The notes under the pieces are model-generated. The model ran no database searches. It saw only the letters and a program-made list of their open reading frames with translations, and was not told where the DNA came from. A stretch of 64,000 nt of DNA, from assembly GCA_964612665.1 (NCBI GenBank), contig CAZTCI010000003.1:272273-336272 (forward strand), in the 5' to 3' direction. Shown piece by piece: positions 8,251 to 16,839 of this stretch. Position 1 is the first letter of the stretch; every line of letters starts with the position of its first letter. This DNA is from an uncultured Planctomycetales bacterium (GTDB lineage: Bacteria; Omnitrophota; Gorgyraeia; Zapsychrales; JAHFFX01). The position numbers were made by a program, and so were the translations under genes.

Positions 8251-9758
8251 TTGACGGCCTGTCCCTCTAGGATCTTGCGTCTCAATTTAATCGTCGTCGA
8301 TTTAACGGTTTCATCAACCGCCGCCTGGCCGAATTTTTCTTTTAACAGCTGTAAGAATTTCGGATTGGTATGATACTGCATCCAGGCCTTATCGCGGAAC
8401 TCCAAAACCTGTTCGGCAGTCAAATATTTTGTGGGCAAGGGCTGAGTGTAATAAGAGTGCTGGGAAAATCCAGCGTAAGTGTCGGGAAGTTTCCACCCTT
8501 CTTTTTTGGCAATTCCATAAAGCGGACTCCCGGGATAAGCCATCGCCGAATAAAAATTGGCCATTTCCGTATTCATTTCCAAAGCTAGATCAAGCGTAAT
8601 CTGCATTGTTTCATAATTGTCCTCGGGCAAACCAAAAATATAATTAGCGGCCACATTAATCCCGTTATCACGGATTTTCTTGACGATATCCCGGATATCA
8701 ACATCTTCAAACCGGCCTTTGGTAACATCTTTTCTAACATTCGTGTTACCGCTTTCAATGCCGAGCGCCAAATAATTGACGCCGGCTTTCTTTAAGGTTT
8801 GCAGATATTTTTCTTTAACGGTGTCGATACGGGAATAGCACCATATGTTGAATTGATAACCGCGCTGAATAATTAATTCACAAAGCCGCATAAAGTGATT
8901 TGGATTTAAAACAAAAAGTTCATCGGCAATTTTAATGTTTTTAATCCCCATCTTGGCGGAACGGTCAAAATCCTGAATGATAAAATCCGGATCCCAATAG
9001 CGGAAAACCGCGCTCCCGTCGGAATATTCGTTTTCCTGACGGTTAATAATGTTAATCATACAAAAGGAACATTTCATCGGGCAGCCCAGACTTGTGTACA
9101 ATGCAGCGAACGGCTGGCGTTCAGCATTATTGGGAAGCGCGTGCCACAAGGCTGTACGGTATTGGTTCATGGGCAGTTTGTCCCAAGCAACACCAGGAAG
9201 CTCTATTGGCAAATCTTCTTTCGCGACAATCGGCGATGGGGGGTTAAGCACGATTTGCCCGTTATCTCGATAACCTAACCCTAAAACTTTATCGCGATGA
9301 TCTTTCAGATTTGTTTTTAATAAATTTGAAACCGTGTAAACGCCCTCGTTTTGACAAACCATGTCGATTGAAGAGTGCCGCTCTAAAACTTCGCGGGATA
9401 AAGCGCTCACATGTCCGCCTACAAAAAGGATTTTAATTTCTGGGTAAAGACGCTTTACCGTGTCAGCAAGCGAAATAGCGCCTTCCATGTTCTGTGAACT
9501 GGCGCTGGGCTGCTGGCCGTAGACGACAAAACAGGCGATACGTGGATTGTATTGTTTGATTTTTTGAGCGGCTTGCTGGTCTTCGAGTTGAAGAGCTTCG
9601 CAGTCAAGGATTTCGGCGCCAAAACCTTTTTTAAGGCAGTGAGACGCTAACATTCCCGCCCAGATCGGCGGTTCAATCGCGGAAAATTCTTTACTTAAAT
9701 CCTGATAAATTTTGGAAGCGGCATTCGGATGAATGAATAAGATGTCGAGAGGTTTCAT
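8247..9758 (-). CDS. Cobalamin (B12)-binding radical SAM enzyme, class B methyltransferase-like.
   Basis: 503 aa. It has an N-terminal B12-binding-like domain (DILFIHPNAASKIY ... ILFVGGHVSALS) and a CxxxCxxC radical-SAM motif within LGCPMKCSFCMINI. Confidence 0.75.
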   Translation of the reverse strand: MKPLDILFIHPNAASKIYQDLSKEFSAIEPPIWAGMLASHCLKKGFGAEILDCEALQLEDQQAAQKIKQYNPRIACFVVYGQQPSASSQNMEGAISLADTVKRLYPEIKILFVGGHVSALSREVLERHSSIDMVCQNEGVYTVSNLLKTNLKDHRDKVLGLGYRDNGQIVLNPPSPIVAKEDLPIELPGVAWDKLPMNQYRTALWHALPNNAERQPFAALYTSLGCPMKCSFCMINIINRQENEYSDGSAVFRYWDPDFIIQDFDRSAKMGIKNIKIADELFVLNPNHFMRLCELIIQRGYQFNIWCYSRIDTVKEKYLQTLKKAGVNYLALGIESGNTNVRKDVTKGRFEDVDIRDIVKKIRDNGINVAANYIFGLPEDNYETMQITLDLALEMNTEMANFYSAMAYPGSPLYGIAKKEGWKLPDTYAGFSQHSYYTQPLPTKYLTAEQVLEFRDKAWMQYHTNPKFLQLLKEKFGQAAVDETVKSTTIKLRRKILEGQAVK

Positions 9759-9765
9759 ATTCTTA

Positions 9766-9835
9766 AGTTTTCCAGTTTGCCAGTTATCAGTTGGCCAGTT
9801 GAAACTGGAAAACTAGCAACTGGAAAACTGGTTAA
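9766..9835. repeat. CCAGTT/AACTGG palindromic repeat, copy 1.
   Basis: GTTTTCCAGTTTGCCAGTTATCAGTTGGCCAGTT-GAA-AACTGGAAAACTAGCAACTGGAAAACTGG. Confidence 0.75.
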
Positions 9836-10768
9836 CTAAATATTAGCGTATTGATTACGTTTAATGATCTGATACCCTTTAATTAATTCTGAAATACCAT
9901 CGGGCAGCGACACATCCAGTTTAAAGCCGGTTTTTTCTATCTTTTCATTACTGACAATGTAATCGCGCTTATCAGGATCTTCGCCGATTGTGGCCTCGAC
10001 GAAATAAAATTCTGGAACTTGTTTCTTTATCTCCTGGCAAAGTTCCAATTTGCTCAAATTAGCGTCACTTAGTCCAACATTATAGGGTTCGTTTTTCATC
10101 TTGTCAAAATTATCCAAAGAATGTATGAAGGCTTTGGCGACATCGCGCACATGAATATAATTTCGTTTGAAATGGGCTTCAAATAAAATGACGAAACGAT
10201 CGTAGACCGCGCGGTAGGTAAAATCGTTGACGAGTAAATCCAGACGCATGCGCGGGCTGATACCGAAAGCGGTCGCCAAGCGCAGTGTGATCGAATGGCC
10301 AGCTTGAAGAATCATATCTTCAGCTTCTACTTTTAGTTTACCATAAAGAGAAATCGGACGAAGCGGCGTTTTTTCAGTACAGAACTTCCCTTTTTCACCT
10401 ACGCCATAACCACTGTTGGTCGTCGGAAAAATGACCATTTGGTTTTTACCGCGCAAATCCAAAATCATTTTAACCGCATCAAGCAGGATAGTCTGGGCGC
10501 CAACCGGATCCTTGGCGCATAACGGCGCGCCAGTTAAGCAGGCCAATGGAAAAATAGCATCGACGTCTTTCATTAATTTGCTGACAAGTGATTTTTCGCG
10601 CGTGTCGCCGCGGACAATCGTTAGATTCGCGTCATGACAACAATCTAAAAGTGATGTTTGGTTGTACATAAAATTATCCAGAACAACGACTTTATATTTT
10701 TTTTGCAAAAGCGTTGGGACAATCACTGATCCCAAATAACCTGCGCCACCGGTGACTAGAATTTTCAT
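9836..10768 (-). CDS. NAD-dependent epimerase/dehydratase (SDR). Candidate NDP-sugar 4,6-dehydratase of a 6-deoxy-heptose/hexose branch.
   Basis: The Rossmann N-terminus MKILVTGGAGYLGS and the catalytic SLYGKLK (YxxxK) motif are present. It sits adjacent to an Fcl-like reductase. Confidence 0.65.
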   Translation of the reverse strand: MKILVTGGAGYLGSVIVPTLLQKKYKVVVLDNFMYNQTSLLDCCHDANLTIVRGDTREKSLVSKLMKDVDAIFPLACLTGAPLCAKDPVGAQTILLDAVKMILDLRGKNQMVIFPTTNSGYGVGEKGKFCTEKTPLRPISLYGKLKVEAEDMILQAGHSITLRLATAFGISPRMRLDLLVNDFTYRAVYDRFVILFEAHFKRNYIHVRDVAKAFIHSLDNFDKMKNEPYNVGLSDANLSKLELCQEIKKQVPEFYFVEATIGEDPDKRDYIVSNEKIEKTGFKLDVSLPDGISELIKGYQIIKRNQYANI

Positions 10769-10834
10769 TGTGTTTTAGCTCCGTTTTTTACTTGGGCCTG
10801 CCTGAGATTTTTCCGGACTGGCAGGCCCGGCGTT

Positions 10835-11761
10835 TCATCTATTCTTCCCGTACCACGCATAGGTCTGCCGAATACCTTCCGCCAAACTCACCTTAGGCTT
10901 CCAACCCAATCTGGTGATACGACTATTATCCATCAATTTACGCATCGTGCCGTCGGGCTGTGTGCGATCAAAAACAATCCGTCCGGAAAACCCTGAAATG
11001 TCTTTGATTGTTTCGGCTAGTTCTCGAATCGAAACGTCATAACCACAGCCCATGTTAATCAAATCCGCCGATTTATATTTTCTCATCAAAAAAAGCGTCG
11101 CGGCCACGAAATCATCGACAAATAAAAATTCCCTGCGCGGTTTACCTGATCCCCAGACCACGACTTCTTTTTGGTTTTCCTGAACCGCCTTATAAAATTT
11201 TCCAATCAAAGCCCCAATCACATGCGCGGTTTCAATATTAGCATCACTGCCCGGGCCGTAGATCGTTGCTGGAACGGCCACAATCGCATCGAAACCGTAC
11301 TTCAATCTGTAAGTCTGGCACAATTTAACGCCGGCGATTTTAGCAATCGAATATGGTTCGCTTGTTGATTCGAGCGGACCTGTTAAAAGTGTGCTTTCTT
11401 TGATCGGCTGCGGCGCTTCTTTTGGGTAAGCGCAGGAGCCGCTAAAATAGATCAGTTTCTTAACGCCCGAGGTGTAAGCGGTGTGAATAATGTTATTTTG
11501 GCTTTCTAAATTCTCATAAATAAACTCCGCCGCGAACTTTTGGTTGGCCGCAATACCGCCCGAGCGAACGGACGATAAAAAAACATATTCAGGTTTTTCT
11601 TTCTTAAAGAATTTTTGAACGTCAGACTGGCTTAAGGTATCTAATTTGTCATGCGCAGATGAGAAAACGTATTTAAATCCTTGAGATTTGAAATGGCTGG
11701 CTAACGCGTTGTCGATGACATCATCGTGACCGACGATGAGAATGCAAGATTGCTTTTTCAT
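10835..11761 (-). CDS. GDP-L-fucose synthase family (Fcl/WcaG/DmhB-like NDP-4-keto-6-deoxy-sugar epimerase/reductase).
   Basis: The segment CAYPKEAPQPIKESTLLTGPLESTSEPYSIAKIAGVKLCQTYRLKYG closely follows the Fcl signature region. Confidence 0.75.
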   Translation of the reverse strand: MKKQSCILIVGHDDVIDNALASHFKSQGFKYVFSSAHDKLDTLSQSDVQKFFKKEKPEYVFLSSVRSGGIAANQKFAAEFIYENLESQNNIIHTAYTSGVKKLIYFSGSCAYPKEAPQPIKESTLLTGPLESTSEPYSIAKIAGVKLCQTYRLKYGFDAIVAVPATIYGPGSDANIETAHVIGALIGKFYKAVQENQKEVVVWGSGKPRREFLFVDDFVAATLFLMRKYKSADLINMGCGYDVSIRELAETIKDISGFSGRIVFDRTQPDGTMRKLMDNSRITRLGWKPKVSLAEGIRQTYAWYGKNR

Positions 11762-12114
11762 TTTGACGGTTTCTTCTCATGCTCAATCGCATTTTGGATC
11801 TTGGGAAGCAAATCTGGAAGGGATTTGTCAATAATGGCCCAAATCACATCGTAATCAACCCCAGCGTAATGGTGAATTAGTCGATCACGCTGTTTGGCCA
11901 TTTTACTCCAAGGAATGTCATGATATTTCAACTTTAATTCTGTGCATAAATCTTTAGTTGCTTCACCAATAATTTCTAAATTTCGGACAACAGCATCTTG
12001 AGTCTTATAATCTTCTATAAAATCTTGATAACTTAACCTCTTCGTGTAAGTCAAAATTCTAGTAATTGCGGTATGGATATCTTCTAATAAAACAAGATCA
12101 GATCTCTTAGACAT
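11758..12114 (-). CDS. hepT: HepT-like (DUF86) RNase toxin of a HepT/MntA toxin-antitoxin pair.
   Basis: 118 aa. The Rx4HxY motif is seen in RDRLIHHYAGVDYD. It overlaps the upstream nucleotidyltransferase gene by 8 bp. Confidence 0.7.
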   Translation of the reverse strand: MSKRSDLVLLEDIHTAITRILTYTKRLSYQDFIEDYKTQDAVVRNLEIIGEATKDLCTELKLKYHDIPWSKMAKQRDRLIHHYAGVDYDVIWAIIDKSLPDLLPKIQNAIEHEKKPSK

Positions 12115-12430
12115 TCACTAAACTCTGTTTAATATCTTGAGCAATTCTTTTAACACGAATTCCTTTGATTCCACCTGGCGTTAATATATCTACCTTACGG
12201 TTAATCTTTTTTTCTAAATAGTCCACTAAATCAAGAAATTCAAAGCCCAAGGGCTTTCCTAACTTCACAAAGATATCCACATCACTTTTTACCGTTTGTT
12301 TTCCTTTAGCAAAGGACCCGAATAGAGCGATTTTTTCAACCCCAAACTTTTCTTTCAAAAAAGGTTGCTCCATTCGCAAAATGTCTAAAACATCTTCTCG
12401 ATTTAAAATTTTTCTTCTAGGTTTAATCAT
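12107..12430 (-). CDS. mntA: MntA-like minimal nucleotidyltransferase antitoxin.
   Basis: 107 aa. The GSxxxGx...SDxD motif is seen in LFGSFAKGKQTVKSDVDIFV. It overlaps the neighbouring genes by 4 bp on each side. Confidence 0.7.
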   Translation of the reverse strand: MIKPRRKILNREDVLDILRMEQPFLKEKFGVEKIALFGSFAKGKQTVKSDVDIFVKLGKPLGFEFLDLVDYLEKKINRKVDILTPGGIKGIRVKRIAQDIKQSLVNV

Positions 12431-12963
12431 TTTTGACTGTAATAATTGCCATGTTCAATAAGCAACGTGGCTTTGTTATCGCTGCGTTCTAAAGCGTGCT
12501 TGTAGGCTGGAAAGATTTCTTCAGGTTCATTGAGTTCCACAACTTCAATCCAGTGAAATAATTTTCGAAAGGCCTCCGCGTAATTTCCGACATGCTGGTG
12601 GCCGGGATGAACCGGCGAATCGGGGCCGACGGCGACGCGGATCAGCATTTTAGGAAGCCATTCATTCGAACTGATCGCTGGAATTTTATCGAGCATATTG
12701 ACCATATCACCTGTTGCCAAAAGTAAAAAATTCTGCCGCGGATAAACTGAAATCGGAATATATCCCGCCAATGCGAGCCCGATTGTAAATTGCATTTGAA
12801 AACTTTCGTTGATCGGCATCTCAAGCGTGCGCTCAGGCGTCACATCGCGCAATGTCTGAAACATAAACGTCCCCGGCCCGGCCACGGTTTGCCCGACGAA
12901 TAATGTCTTAGGCTGCTGCGCGATCCATTCCATCGTGCGTTTAAGTTCGTCGAAATATTTCAT
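12427..12963 (-). CDS. Transketolase-like pyrimidine-binding (Pyr) domain subunit with no C-terminal TKC domain.
   Basis: 178 aa. The stretch GPDSPVHPGHQHVGNYAEAF resembles the transketolase/DXS GxDGPTHQ motif. The N-terminus aligns with the start of the C-terminal subunit of split transketolases. Confidence 0.55.
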   Translation of the reverse strand: MKYFDELKRTMEWIAQQPKTLFVGQTVAGPGTFMFQTLRDVTPERTLEMPINESFQMQFTIGLALAGYIPISVYPRQNFLLLATGDMVNMLDKIPAISSNEWLPKMLIRVAVGPDSPVHPGHQHVGNYAEAFRKLFHWIEVVELNEPEEIFPAYKHALERSDNKATLLIEHGNYYSQK

Positions 12964-12984
12964 CTTTTTTCAAGTCATTTTTAA

Positions 12985-13053
12985 GTAGAAAGGAGCAAGG
13001 TGAGAGTAGAGAGTGATACGAAATTTGCTGACTCTCTACTCTCTTCTCTCTAC
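12985..13053. repeat. GAGAGTAGA-unit hairpin repeat, second full copy.
   Basis: The loop GATACGAAATTTGCTG is nearly identical to the loop of the 7171-7251 copy. It sits between the two split transketolase-like genes. Confidence 0.8.
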
Positions 13054-13059
13054 ATTTAC

Positions 13060-13692
13060 CTAAAACTTAATCAGCTTCCCCAACCCCGAATGCGGATAAC
13101 CGTTCGTGTACTTAAAATAAATGATCTTCGCCTCATACTTCGTGTTCTTAAACCACGGCTCATTGCATCCCCAGACTTCGCGGGTATTCGTCATGACACT
13201 CACACCGTTATCGCACACGATAAATTTGACCGGCAAATCGAAATTGAGCGCATACTTTACCGCTTCATGAAAAATCCCGGTTTCCGCCGACATATCTCCG
13301 CAAAAAAGATAGACCTTGCCTTTTTGTTTTTGCTTAAGCACCCAGGCAACGCCCGTGGCGACACCCATCAAACTTCCGACGATTCCTGAGCAAAGAACTT
13401 TATATTGAGGGAAACACAACGAAATACTTTTTCCATCGACAATCGCCTTTTTCACCTGCTCACGCGGCACGCCTTTGAGCAGCGCTAATTCATGCGAATC
13501 CCAAAAGCCGAACACATAATCATCCGGACCGATGTTATTATCCTGAAAATTTTTGATTAATTGTTCTTCGCGGCCGGAACGTAAATGAACCGGTGCACGG
13601 ATGATACCGGTTGCAAAAATGTCGGCGATCTCTTTTTCAAAATTAACGAGATCATCTTTGGTGATGTTATTGTGGGTTAAAGTAGTGCTCAT
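13060..13692 (-). CDS. Thiamine-diphosphate-binding (PP) domain subunit of a split transketolase-like enzyme.
   Basis: 210 aa. The ThDP motif GDMSAETG...(27 aa)...VCDNG fits the GDG-X(25-30)-N pattern. It lies immediately upstream of the Pyr-subunit gene. Confidence 0.55.
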   Translation of the reverse strand: MSTTLTHNNITKDDLVNFEKEIADIFATGIIRAPVHLRSGREEQLIKNFQDNNIGPDDYVFGFWDSHELALLKGVPREQVKKAIVDGKSISLCFPQYKVLCSGIVGSLMGVATGVAWVLKQKQKGKVYLFCGDMSAETGIFHEAVKYALNFDLPVKFIVCDNGVSVMTNTREVWGCNEPWFKNTKYEAKIIYFKYTNGYPHSGLGKLIKF

Positions 13693-13812
13693 GAAAATTT
13701 GGGTCTCTTATAGAAATGAACGGCCGTAGTATACTGAAATTCCCACAGGCAATCAACTGTTTCGCCTTTAATTTTACACCGCATTTAAAAAATTCTTCGA
13801 TGGAAACGGCGA

Positions 13813-14781
13813 TTACCGGGCTGCCATCGGCGCAAGTTTGGTTTGTTCTTTAAACCAGGCGTATGTTTGGCACAAGCCGTCTTCTAATTTAACCTTGGGC
13901 TCCCAACCCAATTCTTTTTTGGCTAAACTAATATCAGGCCGGCGCTGTTTTGGATCATCGACGGGCAGCGGCTTAAAAACGATTTTACTTTTCGCGCCGG
14001 AAAGTTTAACCACCATTTCGGCGAATTCGATGATCGTGAATTCCCGTGGATTTCCAATATTTACTGGTCCTGGAATTTTAGAAAAAAGCAAACGGATAAT
14101 CCCTTCCACTAAATCTGAATAGTAACAAAACGAACGGGTTTGCTTGCCATCGCCGTAAACAGTCAACGGCTCGCCTCGTAAAGCTTGGTCAATAAAATTG
14201 GGAACAACACGTCCGTCGCGGATCCGCATGCGTGGACCGTAGGTGTTAAAGATACGGACGATCTTTGTATCGATCTTATGATAACGGTTGTAGGCCATCG
14301 TCATCGCTTCCGCAAACCGCTTGGCCTCATCGTAAACGCCGCGCGGCCCGACGGGATTGACATGCCCCCAATAGCTTTCTTTTTGGGGATGCTCTTGCGG
14401 ATCGCCATAGACTTCGGACGTCGAGGCCAAAAAGAAAACTGATTTCTTCGCTTTAGCCAGCCCAAGACAATGAAATGTACCCAGCGATCCAACTTTTAAC
14501 GTCGGGATAGGATATTCAAGATAATCAACCGGACTTGCGGGAGACGCGAAATGCATGATGCAATCAATTTCACCCGGGATATTAATCTCTTTTGAAATAT
14601 CATGCTTAATCATTTCAAAATTTTTATGTTTAAGCAAGTGCTCAACGTTTCGCGTGTTGCCGGTAATCAAATTATCCAGGCAAAGCACTTTAAAATCCCG
14701 TTCGATGAATTGATCACAAAGATGGCTTCCCAAAAATCCGGCGCCGCCAGTAATAAGAACAATTTTCTTCTTTGAACTCAT
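13813..14781 (-). CDS. uxs: UDP-glucuronate decarboxylase (UDP-xylose synthase).
   Basis: [19 protein letters not shown]...[14 protein letters not shown] and YDEAKR are a close match to the UXS signature. Confidence 0.85.
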   Translation of the reverse strand: MSSKKKIVLITGGAGFLGSHLCDQFIERDFKVLCLDNLITGNTRNVEHLLKHKNFEMIKHDISKEINIPGEIDCIMHFASPASPVDYLEYPIPTLKVGSLGTFHCLGLAKAKKSVFFLASTSEVYGDPQEHPQKESYWGHVNPVGPRGVYDEAKRFAEAMTMAYNRYHKIDTKIVRIFNTYGPRMRIRDGRVVPNFIDQALRGEPLTVYGDGKQTRSFCYYSDLVEGIIRLLFSKIPGPVNIGNPREFTIIEFAEMVVKLSGAKSKIVFKPLPVDDPKQRRPDISLAKKELGWEPKVKLEDGLCQTYAWFKEQTKLAPMAAR

Positions 14782-14820
14782 GCGTGCAAACCTTTCGTAG
14801 CTGTGCGTGTTGTTAATTTG

Positions 14821-15333
14821 TCAGTGGTGAAAACCAATTTTGGGCTTGGGCGGTTCTTCAGGTTTCGTTAACAACCTCTTGATGGCTTCAAAAATAATTT
14901 TAATTTTCTCATCGTGTTCACCGAATTTCTTTTCGAGAGCATCTAATCGCAGTGAAAGTTCTTTGTTCGTTAGCAAAAATTCCTTAAGTTTAGAAAAAGT
15001 ACGCATAATCTGAATGTTCACTTGGATCGCACGTTCACTATTAAGCACGCTAGACAGCATAGCCACACCTTGTTCAGTGAATGCGAGCGGCAACTTTCTT
15101 TTCCCTCCCCAACTTGAAGTCGCAAATTGCGACTTCAAATTTTCAAATTCATCTTTGGTCAGTTGAAACATAAAATCTTCTGGAAAACGTTTTATATTCC
15201 GCCTGACTTGCTCATTAAGCCGTCTTACTGTAACTCCGTAAAGACTTGCCAAATGACTATCAATCATCACTTTGTATCCTCGAATAAGGAATATTCTTTG
15301 TACAATGACTTCAACAGTAAAAGAATCGCGCAT
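14821..15333 (-). CDS. ORF6N/KilA-N-like DNA-binding domain protein with a C-terminal coiled coil.
   Basis: 170 aa. It begins with an ORF6N-like N-terminus and has three palindromes directly upstream. Confidence 0.55.
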   Translation of the reverse strand: MRDSFTVEVIVQRIFLIRGYKVMIDSHLASLYGVTVRRLNEQVRRNIKRFPEDFMFQLTKDEFENLKSQFATSSWGGKRKLPLAFTEQGVAMLSSVLNSERAIQVNIQIMRTFSKLKEFLLTNKELSLRLDALEKKFGEHDEKIKIIFEAIKRLLTKPEEPPKPKIGFHH

Positions 15334-15360
15334 TTATTCTCCATTTCTCTCCCTCCAGAA

Positions 15361-15430
15361 AATAAACGTTTATTTCTAATCAGGTATTACAAAATATAAT
15401 ACCTGTTTTGATATCGCAAATTGCGATATC
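15361..15430. promoter_or_regulatory. Three adjacent palindromes upstream of the ORF6N gene (putative operators).
   Basis: AATAAACGTTTATT (15361-15374), CAGGTATTA-N7-TAATACCTG (15381-15405), and GATATCGCAAATTGCGATATC (15410-15430). The core TCGCAAATTGCGA recurs inside the coding sequence at 15116-15136. Confidence 0.5.
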
Positions 15431-15444
15431 AAATTCTTAGAGCA

Positions 15445-16746
15445 TTACAACTTTACAACCTTCTCAGTTGCAGAACTCTTATACACATTCTTCACATCAA
15501 AAATCAATTTAGCATTCTTCAAAAGCTTGTGATAATCAACGTTCGTGTGATCCGTCGCAATAATGACGCAATCGAAATCAGCAATGGCTTTTGGCGTAAG
15601 CTCGATTGATTTAAGTTTGATGCCTTCAAAGTCAAGATACGGAATGATTGGATCAAAATACGACACGGCGCACTTGGCCTCTTGAAGGAGTTCGATAAGC
15701 TTAAGCGGCGGGGATTTTCTTAAATCTTTGACATCCTTTTTGTAAGTCACGCCCATGACGAGGATCTTGGCGGCTTTTAACTGTTTGCGCCGGTCTTTGA
15801 GCAGAGAGCTTAAACGCTGCACAACATACATCGGCATCATCATGTTGGTGTCCGCGGAAAGTTTAATGTATTTTGAATTAAACCCATGGTGCCGGGCTTT
15901 CCAATAAAGATAAAGCGGATCATCGGGGATACAGTGCCCGCCGACGCCCAAGCCCGGGTAAAACGCCATGAATCCAAAAGGTTTGGTTTTCGCCGCGTCA
16001 ATCACTTCCCAGACATCAATACCCATCGTGTGGCACATCATGGCCACTTCATTGATCCAGCCGATGTTGATAATGCGGAATGAATTTTCCAAAAGCTTGG
16101 CCATCTCAGCCGCTTCAGCCGATGAAACCAGATGAACACTTTTTATAATCTTGGAATAGAGAAGTTTTGTCAGCTCGCCGTCCACTTTGGTCAAACCACC
16201 GACGAGTTTTGGAATGCGGGTAACATCATACTGCGGATTACCGGGATCAATACGCTCAGGAGAAAAAGCCAAAAAGAAATCGCGTCCGGCTTTCATTCCG
16301 CTTTTTTCTAATTCGGGCTTAACGAGTTCTTTAGTTGTGCCAGGATAGGTTGTGCTTTCTAAAACGATGAGCGTATCTTTCTTTAAGAATTCCCGAATCG
16401 TTTTAACGGCGCTGACAATATAGGAAATATCCGGCGTGTATTTACGTTTTAAAGGAGTAGGCACGCAGATAATAATAACATCAACGGTCTTTAAGATGTC
16501 AAAATGGGTTGAAGCTTCCAAATGTTTTTGCCGAACAACCTCGGCGATTTCTTTGGAAGCGATATCAAGGATATAACTTTCCTGGCGCTGGATCTTCGTG
16601 ACCCGGTCGGTATCTTTATCCAGACCAAAGACTTTAAAACCTTTTTTCGCGAAATTAACGGCGAGCGGCAAGCCGACGTAACCTAAACCGACGACCGCAA
16701 TGCGGGCGGTGTTATTAATGATTTTATTTTTTAATGTTTGTGACAT
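15445..16746 (-). CDS. Nucleotide-sugar dehydrogenase of the UDP-N-acetyl-D-aminosugar 6-dehydrogenase type (WbpA/TviB/WecC-like).
   Basis: 433 aa. IAVVGLGYVGLPLAVNFA Rossmann N-terminus, with the catalytic Cys region GGHCIPDDP. Confidence 0.8.
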   Translation of the reverse strand: MSQTLKNKIINNTARIAVVGLGYVGLPLAVNFAKKGFKVFGLDKDTDRVTKIQRQESYILDIASKEIAEVVRQKHLEASTHFDILKTVDVIIICVPTPLKRKYTPDISYIVSAVKTIREFLKKDTLIVLESTTYPGTTKELVKPELEKSGMKAGRDFFLAFSPERIDPGNPQYDVTRIPKLVGGLTKVDGELTKLLYSKIIKSVHLVSSAEAAEMAKLLENSFRIINIGWINEVAMMCHTMGIDVWEVIDAAKTKPFGFMAFYPGLGVGGHCIPDDPLYLYWKARHHGFNSKYIKLSADTNMMMPMYVVQRLSSLLKDRRKQLKAAKILVMGVTYKKDVKDLRKSPPLKLIELLQEAKCAVSYFDPIIPYLDFEGIKLKSIELTPKAIADFDCVIIATDHTNVDYHKLLKNAKLIFDVKNVYKSSATEKVVKL

Positions 16747-16839
16747 AGTTTTGATTCCTTTTTATTCGAATCAAATGTTTCAACCTCCCAATCCGGGTTG
16801 AAACATTTAGAATTAGAATTCTGGTTTGTGCCTTTTCAA

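Noticed and set aside
10769-10834. GGGCCTGCC...GGCAGGCCC hairpin between the SDR and the Fcl-like gene, considered as a possible intra-operon terminator.
   Set aside because: The T-run is on the wrong side for termination of the minus-strand transcript. It is probably just a stabilising stem-loop or a member of the GC-hairpin repeat family, and there is not enough evidence to call it a terminator.
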